This document shows, piece by piece, positions 23,516 through 37,472 of a stretch of 64,000 nucleotides of DNA (the first letter of the stretch is position 1; each line of letters opens with the position of its first letter). The position numbers and the translations under genes were made by a program. The notes under the pieces are model-generated. The model was not told where the DNA came from. It saw only the letters and a list, made by a program, of their open reading frames with translations, and did no database searches. The stretch comes from Octopus bimaculoides (Eukaryota), in the NCBI RefSeq assembly GCF_001194135.2, contig NC_068982.1, positions 60,065,555-60,129,554 of the forward strand, given 5' to 3'.

Positions 23516-25364
23516 TAGTATATGCATGGAATTTTAGAGCATCAGAGGAAAAACCTTGCAGTATTTGTTCCAGCTCTTTGCACTCTGGGTTCAAATTCCA
23601 GCTCTTAACACTAACCCAAAATGGAGCCTATGGGTTCCACCTAATGATGGTAGACCTAACAAAGTAATGTGTCAACTGGAGCAATATCCCTATCACATCT
23701 GCATGATGGGTGCACCCTACAAAACAGGATAAATGCAAAGAGAAGAAAGCAATTGATAGAGAAAATATTTTGTAAGGGGTCATTCAGAAACACCAAAACT
23801 TCATAGAATTGTGATTGCAGAAGTAGAATAATAGAACAAATGAACTCATACCCACAAACATTTAGCTATGCTTCTCATCACTGACCTATTTCCATTATAT
23901 TTCAGACAGATTCAGTGCTGAGTTGCCAAAGCAGAAATATTGTTAAAACAAATATTCTGCTCAGTACCACAGATTTACTTGTCAGTTGCTTGATCATAAC
24001 CACTTGAGTATGTCCCTTAGTGGCTGACAATATGTGCATATCTGATCATGAGCAGGAGTAGTGGGGGAGCATCGTAACCATGTATTGAGAGGGATTCTTT
24101 GGAGTTTGAATAAATAGAACAAAAGTAAAGTTTGAAGCAAATATTAGCCACTTTTCATATTTTCCAGAGGTAAGCAAATAAGAAATAACAGTTGCTACCC
24201 CAGAACAAAAATTGTGTTACACAGGGTAACCAAGATAAGACTTTTACTCTGAATATATTTATAATATTGATACTTTTATTGCTATTTTGTGTGTAAGGGT
24301 ATGGTTTTGTTCAATTCATAATGTAGTTTTCTTCCAGTGGTCCCTATTAACTCAACTTCTTTTAAATAAGATCCAACTAGATTACTTTAAATTGTCTTTA
24401 ATTTATATTTACCCTATCTGTCATCTATTACCAAGGCAATTTTTTTTACTCGTGTCATGTCAAATTTCTACTCCTGTCAGCTTTTCTCATTGAATAGCTA
24501 AATTATTGCAGTTGTCTTTCTCTTACGCAGGGAAACTTCTTTTTAAAACATTGCTAAAAAACCGTCTGACAATTTTAGTAAAAAGGTAAACATTAATAAA
24601 ATGAGAAAATAGCTGTCGCCTCAAAGTTCCTGAGATCATCATTTTTTTATCTAGATTTTTGTCAAGTGAATAATTCATGATGAGGTCTATTTAAAGAGAA
24701 CTGATTTTTAAACTTGAAAAGCTAGAGATATAATTGTATTCTCAAAAGCACCGTAGCAATGTGATAGCTGCAAAAGAAAGTCAACTTGATGCTCTTTGAT
24801 ATTTTCTTCTTTAACAAAAACAAAAACAAAATAAAATAAAATAAAAAAAAAGATTTACTTTTTAAAAATGGCTGCCACTGCCATTACTACAAATAAGAAA
24901 GAAGGAATGATAATGATGTCAGTGATGCTGAGTAATAGAGTTTAAATGTCAATGATGATGATGATGATGCTACTACTGATGATCATTATGATTATGATCG
25001 TGATAAAAAAGGAAAATTTTTTTTAAAAAAAATATGAAAGAAAATGTTTGAAAAGATAAAAATCTTTTTAAACCTGAATGAATTCAGAGGGTAGTATTTA
25101 AATGTGTTCCCTTTGGAATTATCAAAATAAATAAAATAAGAGAGAGAAAGAAAATCATATAAATAAATACAAATAGGAATACATACATCACAACAAACTT
25201 TTATAATAAGCAACTTTATGCAAAGGAAGATGTCTTGTTGCATCTAAATCTATAAGTATGTTTATCATCTCTTCATTTGATTCCCATTAGAGTTAATAAG
25301 CATATTTTCTCATTATGAAAATAAAATCAAGGATAATGGAAGATGAGGGAAGGAGAATGTAAAA

Positions 25365-25656
<292 letters not shown>

Positions 25657-25877
25657 GGAGAATTAGTGAAGTAAGTACTCAAAGTATGGTGTCTTTGCGC
25701 TCAACACACACACTTAGAAAACTGAATTACTTTAAACAGTAAATATATAATATGCAACCATGACTTGAATTTTGCTGGAAATGCTAGGTGGTGTAAGTTG
25801 GATAACTAAATGTCAGAATCTTAGAAATTTTCCCTTCATTTATTCTCTGTTTGTGATACTAATTTCTTTTAGATGCT

Positions 25878-26032
25878 GGCGTGGGTGTATGTTAAAATGT
25901 TTGCTTCCAAACCACATGCTACAAGTTCAATCCCACTGCATGTCACCTTGGACAAGTGTTGTCTTCTACTCTAATCTCAGGCCAACCAAAGCATTACAAG
26001 TAGATTTGTTAGATGGAAACTAAAAGAAGCAC
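25878..26032 (+). mobile_element. SINE family A head, diverged
   Basis: CAAGTTCAATCCCACTGCATGTCACCTTGGACAAGTG...GATGGAAACTAAAAGAAGC. Confidence 0.65.
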
Positions 26033-26069
26033 ATAGTTTGTATATATGTATATACATATATTTGAGTGT

Positions 26070-26245
26070 GCATATCGCTCAGTGGTTTGAGCATTGGGCT
26101 TGTAAATTCAATGAGGTTGTAAATTCAATTTCCAGACCAACCTGTGTGTTGTGTTCTTGAGCAAGACTCTTTTTTTTCACATTCTTCCAGTTCACTCAGC
26201 TGTAAAAATGAGTTGCAACGTCACTGGTGCCAGGCTGTATCTGCC
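26070..26245 (+). mobile_element. SINE family D-related head plus central domain
   Basis: GCTCAGTGGTTTGAGC A box; CTTGAGCAAGAC...CCAGTTCACTCAGCTG central domain shared with 27323-27646. Confidence 0.6.
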
Positions 26246-26501
26246 TTTGCTCTTTCCATAGCCATCCTTTGAGTAAACAATGCACAGAGTACTCTGGACA
26301 CGATATGATATATATCCACCTTTGCTACTACAATTATCTCCGGAAAATACCCACAAGGATTCTTTACATGGATGTTTACTGCTGGAATGGAGTTACACTC
26401 CAAGTACTGTTTCTTCTTTGTTCTTTTTTCAGCGCATCGCTCTCACTTCTTACTACAAATCTCCTCTTATAGATGTAATAATCCATTCCTCTACTATTAT
26501 C

Positions 26502-26550
26502 GTCTCCGATGAAGGGATACATTGAATTTTCCCTGAAACAGCTGTAAGAC
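26502..26550 (+). ncRNA. Type I hammerhead ribozyme with a single core change (U4C)
   Basis: Stem I GUCU/AGAC; core CCGAUGA; stem II AGGGA/UCCCU; GAAA; palindrome ACAGCUGU; GUA site at 26544-46. Confidence 0.75.
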
Positions 26551-26584
26551 TTTATCCATAAAATATATTTCTAACTTTGCCATT

Positions 26585-27095
26585 NNNNNNNNNNNNNNNN
26601 NNNNNNNNNNNNNNNNNNNNNNNNNNNNNNNNNNNNNNNNNNNNNNNNNNNNNNNNNNNNNNNNNNNNNNNNNNNNNNNNNNNNNNNNNNNNNNNNNNNN
26701 NNNNNNNNNNNNNNNNNNNNNNNNNNNNNNNNNNNNNNNNNNNNNNNNNNNNNNNNNNNNNNNNNNNNNNNNNNNNNNNNNNNNNNNNNNNNNNNNNNNN
26801 NNNNNNNNNNNNNNNNNNNNNNNNNNNNNNNNNNNNNNNNNNNNNNNNNNNNNNNNNNNNNNNNNNNNNNNNNNNNNNNNNNNNNNNNNNNNNNNNNNNN
26901 NNNNNNNNNNNNNNNNNNNNNNNNNNNNNNNNNNNNNNNNNNNNNNNNNNNNNNNNNNNNNNNNNNNNNNNNNNNNNNNNNNNNNNNNNNNNNNNNNNNN
27001 NNNNNNNNNNNNNNNNNNNNNNNNNNNNNNNNNNNNNNNNNNNNNNNNNNNNNNNNNNNNNNNNNNNNNNNNNNNNNNNNNNNNNNNNNNNNNNN
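26585..27095. other. Assembly gap. Other N-runs: 5301-5311, 5923-5947, 34390-34489, 37529-38301, 53693-54018
   Basis: N characters. Confidence 1.
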
Positions 27096-27322
27096 GTGAT
27101 ATCATAAATGAAAACCTCAGTCATCACTAAATGCAACTAAAGGTGCTGAAGCACCAGCATTGCTAGAAATAAGGGTTAAAATACTCTTAATGCTGTAAGA
27201 AGAGTGCAAGTACATATGTGTACTGACAGAGGAAGTAATCACCCCTTGACTGTTTCGAGGATCAACAAAACTAGGCTTAATTTCATCTATACCACAGACA
27301 TTGACAGTGGTATAAAAAAAAG

Positions 27323-27646
27323 GAACACTCCGTCGGTTACGACGACGAGGGTCCCAGCTGATACGATCAATGGAACCGCTTGCTCGTGAAATTAACATGC
27401 AAGTGACTGATAAATCCACAGACATGTGTACCCCTAACGTAGTTCTCAAGGAGATTCAGCATGACACAGGGTGTAACAAGGCCGGCCCTTTGAAGTACAG
27501 GTATTGCTTATTTTTGCCAACTGAGCGAACTGGAGCAACGTGAAATAAAGGGTCTTGCTCAAAGTCACAACGCATCACTGGGAATTGAATTCATGATCTT
27601 ACGATCGTGAGCCAAATGCCCTAACCACTAAGCCACGTGCCTTCAC
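27323..27646 (-). mobile_element. SINE family D
   Basis: Minus-strand head GTGAAGGCACGTGGCTTAGTGGTTAGGGC...; 3' module aligns to 12312-12495. Confidence 0.8.
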
Positions 27647-29547
27647 TAATGTATATGTATATGTGTGTATGTGTATGCATATATATATATAATATATATA
27701 TTTACAGCTGTGTGTACACGCATGCATGTGTAAGTATGTGTGTCAACTGGAATTGAGTTATAACACCAATGATTTCCTGTTTGTGTAGTAAGTAACACTT
27801 ATTAATACATTAATATATTAGTAACAAAAAATGTAACTGTCATTCCTAAATGAAATACAAAGGAAATAATTATATTATATGCCTATAAGAAAGTGACAAT
27901 CTTCAATGAAAATCTGTTTGGAAAGACTATATTAATATTGGAGAATATAATGAAATATATGAGTTGTCATATTTAAGATTGAATCCTCACCAATAATATG
28001 TAATAGTACTTTTTTTTCTGAAAACTTCGTAGGTAAAAATACATGAATAAAGAAGGTTAGTAAGCTAATAACTGTGGCATAATGTGGTGTGTGCAGTCTG
28101 CACAAACTGCACAGGGTGGTCACTTTGAATACATGTGATTATTGCATTCATAGGTATGTTATATTTAAAGGAAGGAACAACCAATTTGGCTACTGCACAG
28201 GTGTTTGGAAACCAAGCTATCTCATTGACTAATCATCAAATATAATGTCTCCTCTTATATAACCTTTATTTCTTTCAGCTGTCTCAAATACTTTTGCACT
28301 TATTCTTTTTATAGGTGCAAGACATTAAATTCGAAGAATGGGCTTTGTTTATTTTTTACCTCAGTATTTGACTGGTATTTATTTTATCCCCCACCAACCC
28401 ACCCAGCAAGATTAAAGGCAAACTGAATTTGGTAGACCTTGAACAGTTTATAATTAAAACTTGTTCAAGCAAACTATTTCTTCTCCCTTAAAATTCTCAG
28501 ACACATTGATTTTTTTTTTTTTTTTTGCAATAATTAGAGATTTTTTTTCCCTTTGTATGTCTCTAAATTTAATCATAGACAGCCTCAAAAAAATTGCTTA
28601 CCCTGTCAGTTTATCTGACAGTAACTATAGGGTGTGAACTTCAGCATTCATTCTTTGTCAAATCTTTAAGAGACTCAGATGCAATAATTTATAAAATTGA
28701 TCAAATACTAAAATCGAAATCTATCTTAACCAAATATCTTTTATAGAGATAAAATTAGGTTAATTACAAAATTACATTTCATATAATGACTTCTAACAAT
28801 ATTGGAAAGCATAGTTGCCACTTGAGATTGTTGTCATTATTTGATTGAAAAATGATAGCAAACTCTTCTGCCAGGTGAGCTAAAATATTCAACAGATATT
28901 CAATAAAGACTGATTGACTAATATCATTACAGTGAGAAACAACATTATAAAAATCAATTATATGATATTTCAGGACATTTTATCCATGTTGTTCTTTCAG
29001 ATCAAACTTGCATTAATTTATTCCTGTCTTCAGCTCTTTATACTGGTACTGAATGGAGCAAATCTTAGACTTACTTCCCCAGCTTTTTATCTTTCATTCT
29101 TTACTATTTTGCAGCTGATTTTATATTTAGATAAAATGCATAGTTTAATTTAGGCTATTATACACTGAGAAGATGTGTTATTTAGGAAATCCACTTCACT
29201 CTCAAGACGGCTAAAAGGCAACATAGATGACAGCTTTGATCAGATGCCAGGAAAAGCTTTCTTCAGGAAATATTCTACCAGCATGGGTTTGACAGTCTAG
29301 CACAGTTCCACTGCTAATGGCAGAATTAAAACAAAGTATTCAATAATATGGAATCATTTCAAAAATAAGATGTGTTAAACCCATATACTCTTTAAGCTTT
29401 TATGTCAAATGAACCCTTGCAACAGTAGATTATACTTCAAATAGATGATCCAGGAATGAAATATATTTGTAGGTAATATGTGTATGTGTACATGACTTTG
29501 TAGTATTACATAGAATAATAAAAAAAATGCTTGTTTACATTTTTCAA

Positions 29548-29603
<56 letters not shown>

Positions 29604-31342
29604 AAGCAATTGTTAGAGTGAATTACAAAATATAGATTTCTCAATGACAATTGCATCAATCTTTTGTTGATGTCTTAGTGGAATTATCACTTTGCCAATA
29701 AAATCACTCATAATTCTTACCTTCCAGTATAGTGCATTTACTTCGAATATAGTACATTTACTTCAAATTTAGTCTGAAATTTACTCATGGATCCTTACGT
29801 ATGCAGGTTTTCATATATTGTTTTGCTGTTGTTTAGTCAAGATAAAGATTATTTATCTTCTTAATCTCAGAGTATTAGCCTTTATTTTGCAAAAACGATT
29901 AAAATTTTCAGTTTTCGTTACTTGGACCATCCCACACCAAAATCGGAGTTAAAGATTTGAAAGACACATGAAAAATACTCAGGTGTAAGATTCAAAAGTA
30001 ATTTTCAAACTGCTAAGCTTGGTACAAATGATGTGATGATGGATTTTCCTTCCCCTTCATCCTACTTTCTCAACCTTCATCACTACCTTAAATATTTTAC
30101 ACTATTCTTCTTTCTTAAAACTGCATCCCTTTCACGTCCTCTCCATGTCTTCTCTTTTGAAGCTGAATATCATTTGTCAACCTTAATAGTCTCTGAATGT
30201 CTCTGAAAGTTATAACTACCTATCGCCACACCTCTTTTATGAAATAAAAACGAATATTTATTAGCGAATATATAGCATTAAGTGTTTAGCATGCAACAGC
30301 TGGATATTTTTGTATTATAAAAATAAATACTCTTGTGATATAGACATTATATTTGGAGAAATAATATTTCTCCACAAAATGATTTTAAAAGTTACTTATA
30401 CAAACTGAAGTTACCTAGTGCAACACAACTCTTACAATTATCAAACATTAAAAAACCTTATGGACTTTTAAAAACTCAAAATTCAAAACAGGACAATATT
30501 CACACACTTAATAAAACAATCTAGACATTTCCAGAATAGAAAAATAACATTTTAGGAAATTACCAACAGATATAAAAGGATAATAATCAATGCTAGTAGA
30601 ATCCCTTCTCATATATACAAATTAGTCATCACTGAATAAAATTTATCATACAGTTTTCTTTATTATATAGCAACATTCAAGGTTTTTTTTAATCCAGCCT
30701 GGAGCCAACGCACAAACCACACCTTTTACTTACTAAATTGTAGCCATATCTTTTAATATGCATGTCATGTTTCTAATTAACATGCAAGTCACATATCTTT
30801 TTCATTTATGAAACATAAATCTCTCACTTCTGAAACATCACCTTTTTCTACCACTGTATTCCAACTTTAGTCTCAAAGATGGTGTCAGCATATATGTAGA
30901 AACCACTCTCTATACCACTTTAGTCCTCTAAACGCATCAGCTATGTCTACAAATCTCTATGTTTCCAACCACTTGCAGCTAAATTTTTGCTGCCATGGAC
31001 ACTATCAGGAAATAAGGAATACATACAATAATTACGATTCAACTTTCATCAAATTACCTGTAATAGTAAAAATATACTTTGAATGTTACCCATCTTATGA
31101 TGGGTAACAAGCTAGTATGTGCGTGTGTAAATTATTAATGAATGATTAAAACTTCTAAAATAATGAAGATGAATACTATATGTTTGTTTCTCCAATACTG
31201 ATGTGAAAATATTAAAATGAAGTTATTGGAAAGATTTGAACATCAGATTTTTGGCAAGTAGCAGATGTGCTAACACTTGTCAATGGGTTGATTGTTTTGT
31301 TTACTTTTTTCACTTTCTAGCTACTTTTTCATCAAGCATACC

Positions 31343-31378
<36 letters not shown>

Positions 31379-31597
31379 TGGGTTGACCCAAAACCTTGTA
31401 AGTGAAACGTGCTTGATGGATCTGCAATTCAAAGATCCATTCTTGTCAGACACTATCGTACTAATCCTCTCAAAGAATTAGCTTTCAAGCAGATGTCTTT
31501 GTGCAATAAACAGCCACTTACAACTAATTCAAAATGTAGACTGTTCTATTGATCAAATAACTAATATACATGTCACTGAAAGAAATAAAGCTTCATT

Positions 31598-31651
<54 letters not shown>

Positions 31652-34332
31652 GTGTATATGTATGTGCATATATCTATGTATGTATGTGATAATGAATTCA
31701 TTCATAATGAATAACCTATGACTGTTCTGTAGCAGTTGGTTGTGTGCAAAACCTGGACTAGGAACAACCATGACATCTCAGCCACAGTACTTCGATTAAA
31801 ATGAATGAAAAGGTTTGTTACTGAAACAACCAGCACAAAGAAATTGCCTTTCTCCCTTAACAGTACAACATGAACTGGTGTACACTGTGCCATGTATTAG
31901 ACACAAAAGGACTCATCCTAGGAAAAGACACAAAATCGAAAAACAAATGTTTGATCTGCTTTGATATCACAATTCACATCCCATGCCAGCTTCTTTTACT
32001 GTTACATAATGTGCCTAATAGTAAAGCTAAATGCATTCTAAAGTAGATTACAGACAAACTGGAATGTGCAAAACGGTATATACAATTTCATTGTGATGCA
32101 TGAAAATTCCTGCTGTCGTAGTTGAGATTTTTAAACACATTCTTGTTTTATAAGTATAGGACACAGAACATAATTATTTGGAAAAGTTTTTGGAGCAATA
32201 TCAGCCTAAGTTAACTAGCTAAATAGTTAAACTGGATTCTCTTATATTTGTGACAGGGCTTGCTTTTCCTTCAGTTGCATTTCTAGCAATCTACCTCACT
32301 CTAGTATGATCACACAGTAAGTTAGATTATCTTACAAATCCTTAACAATTGCTACTAACTTTATTATTTTTTCTTTTCCCTAGTTATAAATATCTAACAT
32401 ATTTTTAATGTATTTAATGACCAAGTTTAAAATCTGAAAGTGCTAAAGTTTGAGTTTTAAATAAGCAAAGTATGTTCTCCCTAAAACACAACAACTCCAA
32501 ACTCCAAGACAAAAAAAATTATATAAATCATTGAACATCAATGTTGCTCAAAAATATTAGCACTAAAAACTGTTTATTGTTATATTGATGATGTCTCAAC
32601 TTGTCTTTCAGTCCAGTGTTCATATAATTCATCTGCAGTACATATCTACAATACTCTAATACCCCTTAATCTATTCAGATGGTTGTACAATGTAATGATA
32701 CAAATCTATGGCAGTGAAATATGATCAAACAGATTTTTCAACTGAGGGCAAAGCAAGCAGAGGAAAACACAAACCCTTTATACACCAATGGTTATATGTT
32801 GCTGATTAGTGAGGGCAATATTCAGGAGGAAACTTTTGAGGATTTGTATATTTTTTGCCAGAGATAATTGAGAATAGGAGGCATTTGCAGCTGAAACCTC
32901 CAACCAATTAGTCTGTTACATATTATTCATGCACACTAATGAGAACAAAATCTTTTTTTATATACGTCAATTTAAAAGTTTTAAAGAAATATATCTTTTA
33001 TGCTTCACTTCTGTCAGTTGTTCCTGTAGCAACTTTGCATAAACAAAAATATAAACACCTCTTTATATATATATATATATATATAAACTTTGCATATATA
33101 CTTACATGAGGATATACCAGCATGTATATCTCTATACATATAAGTATATATTCAATGATATATAAGTCAGTGTGAACATAATTGTAAATACAGTTTATCT
33201 ACACATATCAATTGCCCGATGCATCTTTGCCTGAAACTTTGCACTTATAATGATTAGCAAGAATTATTGGTTTCATGTTAATACTATTTATTTTATTTAA
33301 GCATTTATTGCATTTATTTATATGTAATTCTTTGATATTCTTACAATTTGTTACCTATGCCATTGTGTTCAATCATTGATTTAATTAAAAACAATATACT
33401 TTCTGCTATATAAACTCATGTTTATGTGTGTGCACTCTCTGTGTCTATATGCATGGAAATACAAGTAAATTTTGCATCTATGTAATATGTATATAGATAA
33501 ATATGTGCATGCATGCATATATACATAAATGCACATGAATATATATATATATACATATATAGATATATATGTGCTCACGTAAGTATACTTGTACACATAT
33601 ATATAGACACACACAAATATACATATGTGTACGTATATATATATACACACACGTGCACATGTATACACACTGATATATGTATACACACACACACAAATAC
33701 GTACACAAACACTGACTCTCATATATACACATATACATAATTATTTGTTTTCAGGTTTTTTGTTCTTTTTTTTTTTGTTTTTTGACAGCTTAATAGAATT
33801 TTACAACCTAATTGAAATTGGGATATTTGATTATTTCTCTAAACTTTGGGCACTAATAAAAGTAGCACATATAAAAAGAAAATTAAAATATTAAGATAAT
33901 GTTATCAAATCAAAAATATAGCAATAAATTTCCAGCCTTTGTATCTTAAACCTTACCATTATTTCTGTTAACAGGTTGCTCTTAATTAGTGAACCAGTAG
34001 TAGTAAGTACATCAGTTACTCAAAACTGTTTATAGTTGCTGAAATGTTTCATGAATGATATATCCACCCTTGCTCAAGCAAATGTGTGTGTGTGCATGCT
34101 TGATTACACACTCAGACACACACACAAATGAATACACACATACACACACGCACACACACACACACACACACGAAGAATAGCTTGCTTCTGTCTTTCCAAA
34201 TGATCTCCATCTATATACAACTACAACTCAAGAAGTTCATTTAATTGATAGATTACATATAGTTCAAAAAAGCATATCTAAATTTTGTAAACTTACAGGC
34301 GTTAATATCTTTGTATTTGTACACAATAAAAG

Positions 34333-34367
<35 letters not shown>

Positions 34368-34629
34368 GTCTATACATATATATATATATNNNNNNNNNNN
34401 NNNNNNNNNNNNNNNNNNNNNNNNNNNNNNNNNNNNNNNNNNNNNNNNNNNNNNNNNNNNNNNNNNNNNNNNNNNNNNNNNNNNNNNNNTGGAAGTGAGC
34501 TAGAATGTTAAAACTTAGTGCGCCTGCACAACAGAGTTCAAGGTCAATTTGTGCCAAGCAGCTTTACTCTCCGTGCTTTAACTTTGTTACCATGGCAACA
34601 GTCCTAATAATTTTTGATCAGACCACGTA

Positions 34630-34990
34630 TTATCATTTAATGTTCACATCTCCATGTTTGCATGGGTCAGATGGAATTTGTTGAGCCAGATACCCTTCCT
34701 GTAACCAACTCTCACCTGTTTCCAAGTAAGGTAATATTTCCCATGGCCAGACAATTTTTTTTACGGAAGACTGGAAATGAACAAAATCAAAATCACTTGA
34801 TTGATGGTGATGTTTATTTACAGCCATCACATGATGTAAGCACAAGGCTACACGCATAACTAGTTTCTTTCAGTTTCTGTCTACAAAATCTACTTCCAAG
34901 GATTCTCTCCACCAAAGGTTATAGTAGAAGATATTTGCCCGAGGTACTACATGGTTAGAAGGCAAGCTTTCAACTATATAGCCACATCTA
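34630..34990 (-). mobile_element. SINE with family A head joined to body C
   Basis: Diverged head A followed by the complete body C and RTE-like tail. Confidence 0.65.
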
Positions 34991-35237
34991 AATCTATGTT
35001 TATATAAGTATCAGATATGTGTAACAGTTTATAAAGTCAATTGACTTATAGAACATTGTATAATGAAATATGGTGCTCCTACAGTTCATTAATATTTTAC
35101 ATAGTCTTTTCAATTTCAAAAAAAAAGTGTGTCTGTGTGTGTGTGTGTGTGCATACACGCACACACACATGTATATATTTATCATTCTTAAATGAGAATG
35201 TTGTGATTGACTTCGAAATTTCAGCCAACTAAGCCAT

Positions 35238-35280
35238 TGTCTGACGATGGCTTAGCTGGCCAAAACTTCGAAGTCACTGT
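35238..35280 (+). ncRNA. Minimal hammerhead ribozyme (G12A lesion) with an inverted partial copy at 35209-35237
   Basis: CUGACGA-U-GGCU/GGCC-AAAA-CUUCGAAG-UC; palindromic helix III ACUUCGAAGU; the inverted copy retains GAAA. Confidence 0.7.
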
Positions 35281-35303
35281 CAACAACGGTTTTTTTTAAG
35301 AGT

Positions 35304-35666
35304 AACAAGAGCAATCAGAGAGCACAAACCTCTGCAAAGGCAACACCAACGTCCTCTCAACGATTAAACAGAGATGATTTTTAAAATGAGAATATCTGAA
35401 ATAAACTCAACTGCTCTCACAAACAAGAATACTAAAAATGAACCCGACCAAAATTAAGTAAAAAACAGGAAAAATAATCCAGAATCTTTGTCCGGTACTG
35501 GATCAATCCCCAAATCTAATCAGTTCATGCCAGTCACGAGGTCAAACATCCTTGAAAGTTTCATCTGAACTCATCCAGCAGTTCTTGAGATATCTTGTCC
35601 ACAGACAAACTAACAAACAAATACACACGGCTGAAAACAATACCTCTGCCTTCACTAAGGCAATAA
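35304..35666. mobile_element. Helentron/HINE-like non-autonomous element
   Basis: Starts AACAAGAG; ACCTCTGC near both ends; ACAGACAAAC-like core; 3' stem-loop GCCTT-CACT-AAGGC. Confidence 0.45.
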
Positions 35667-35686
35667 ATTCGTACTCTACAAAAGTA

Positions 35687-36070
35687 CAGGGCGGGGCAGA
35701 AAGGACGGCTGTTTTTGAAATTTTAACAAAATCATTTTTAGCTGCAAACAAATTTTATTGACATCGTATTGAATTAGCATTTGTCAAAATCAAGTGTGAA
35801 AAACAACATCCATCATGTGGTGTCCATTTTCATTGATGCATTTCTGAAGGCGTTCTTGGAAGTTGGCCTCCACTCTCTCCAGCATTACTCTGTCGATTTG
35901 GATGACTTCCACGTGAATAGCTTCCTTCAAATTGTACAATGTATGGGGCTTATGTGCAAACACATGTGCCTTGAGGTTTCCTCCACAAGAAATAATTACA
36001 CATGGACAAATCAGGGGACTGAGGGGGCCAAGGAATGTCAGCAAACCTGGAAATGAGGTGATCACTGATA
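35687..36070 (-). mobile_element. Tc1/mariner (maT/DD37D-like) transposase 3' relic with one TIR
   Basis: WPPQSPDLSMCNYFLW, then (frameshift) GNLKAHVFAHKPHTLYNLKEAI...ERLQKCINENGHHMMDVVFHT; TA-CAGGG terminus at 35685. Confidence 0.85.
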
Positions 36071-36211
36071 TTTAGATAGTAATCAGGAGCATCACAGACA
36101 CCCACAGTGAAGGAAGGAAAGACATGCACACACACGCTTGCACACATATATAACAGTACATATGCACATATACACAAACACACATATATACATACACACT
36201 TGTATATACTT

Positions 36212-36401
36212 TCTTTTACTCTTTTACTTGTTTCAGTCATTTGATTGTGGCCATGCTGGAGCACCGCCTTTAGTCAAGCAAATCGACCCCTGGACTTATT
36301 CTTTGTAAGCCTAGTACTTATTCTATCGGTCTCTTTTGCCAAACCGATAAGTTATGGGGATGTGAACACACCAGCATCGGTTGTCAAGCGATGTTGGGGA
36401 C

Positions 36402-36489
<88 letters not shown>

Positions 36490-36626
36490 GACGGGCTTCT
36501 TTCAGTTTCCGTCTACCAAATCCACTCACAAGTAGAAGACACTTGCCCAAGGTGCCACGCAGTGGGACTGAACCCAGAACCATGTGGTTTGTAAGCAAGC
36601 TACTTACCAGACAGCCACTCCTACAC

Positions 36627-36630
<4 letters not shown>
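36212..36630 (-). mobile_element. SINE family A, full length with a small head deletion
   Basis: Near-consensus reverse copy. Confidence 0.9.
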
Positions 36631-36658
<28 letters not shown>

Positions 36659-36829
36659 AGCAAATATCTATTTCTAAAGAACTTTACAGGTATTCATTAT
36701 TTTGGAAGTTACAATGAAGGCTATACTTCACTGAACAGGTCAGAATATGAATGATAAGATATATGGAGTTGTCTTACATATTTGAAGGAAAGTGAAAATA
36801 ATATAAAGTTTAGATAAGCTCATCATATA

Positions 36830-36990
36830 ATATGGCTGTGTGACAAGAAGTTTGCTTCCCAAACATATGGTTCCAAGTTCAGTCCCATCAGTTCCATTGC
36901 ATGGCATCTTGGACATCTTCTACAATAGCCCTGAGCTGACTAAAGTCTTGTGAGGGGATTTAGAAGATGGAAACTAAGAGTAGCCAGCCA
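36830..36990 (+). mobile_element. SINE family A head, diverged
   Basis: ATGGCTGTGTGACAAGAAG...GATGGAAAC. Confidence 0.65.
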
Positions 36991-37263
36991 TCTGTGTGTT
37001 GTGTGTGTCTATTTATGTATAGAGAAATTACGAGTTAGAGGTTATGCATCTGTCTAAGGGGAAAATGTATCCATAGGCACTACTGGTGCATTACCTAACT
37101 TATGTGTACACCTTGCTGTAAGGTTAACAGTAGTTGGTAATTTAAGGGTAAACTGTGGTTTAATATATTCAGACAAGAAAACAGAAGAAATGAAGCAACA
37201 TGTAACAATTAGAAGCTGGTCGTTAGTATTGAGTGATCATAGTTTAATTATGGTTAAGATAAC

Positions 37264-37419
37264 ATTGGCTGTGTGGTAAGTAGCTTGCTTACCAACCACA
37301 TGGTTCTGGGTTCAGTCCCACTGCATGGCACCTTGGGCAAGTGTCTTCTACTATAGCCTCGGGCCAACCAAAGCCTTGTGAGTGGATTTGGTAGACGGAA
37401 AACTAAAAGAAGCCCGTCG

Positions 37420-37472
<53 letters not shown>

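Noticed and set aside
24531-24585. Candidate 55-nt exon (KLLFKTLLKNRLTILVK)
   Set aside because: Plausible splice signals alone are expected by chance in 64 kb of AT-rich DNA.
33974-34001. Candidate 28-nt microexon (AACAG|...|GTAAGT)
   Set aside because: Frame-shifting length, no partner exons, no recognisable peptide.
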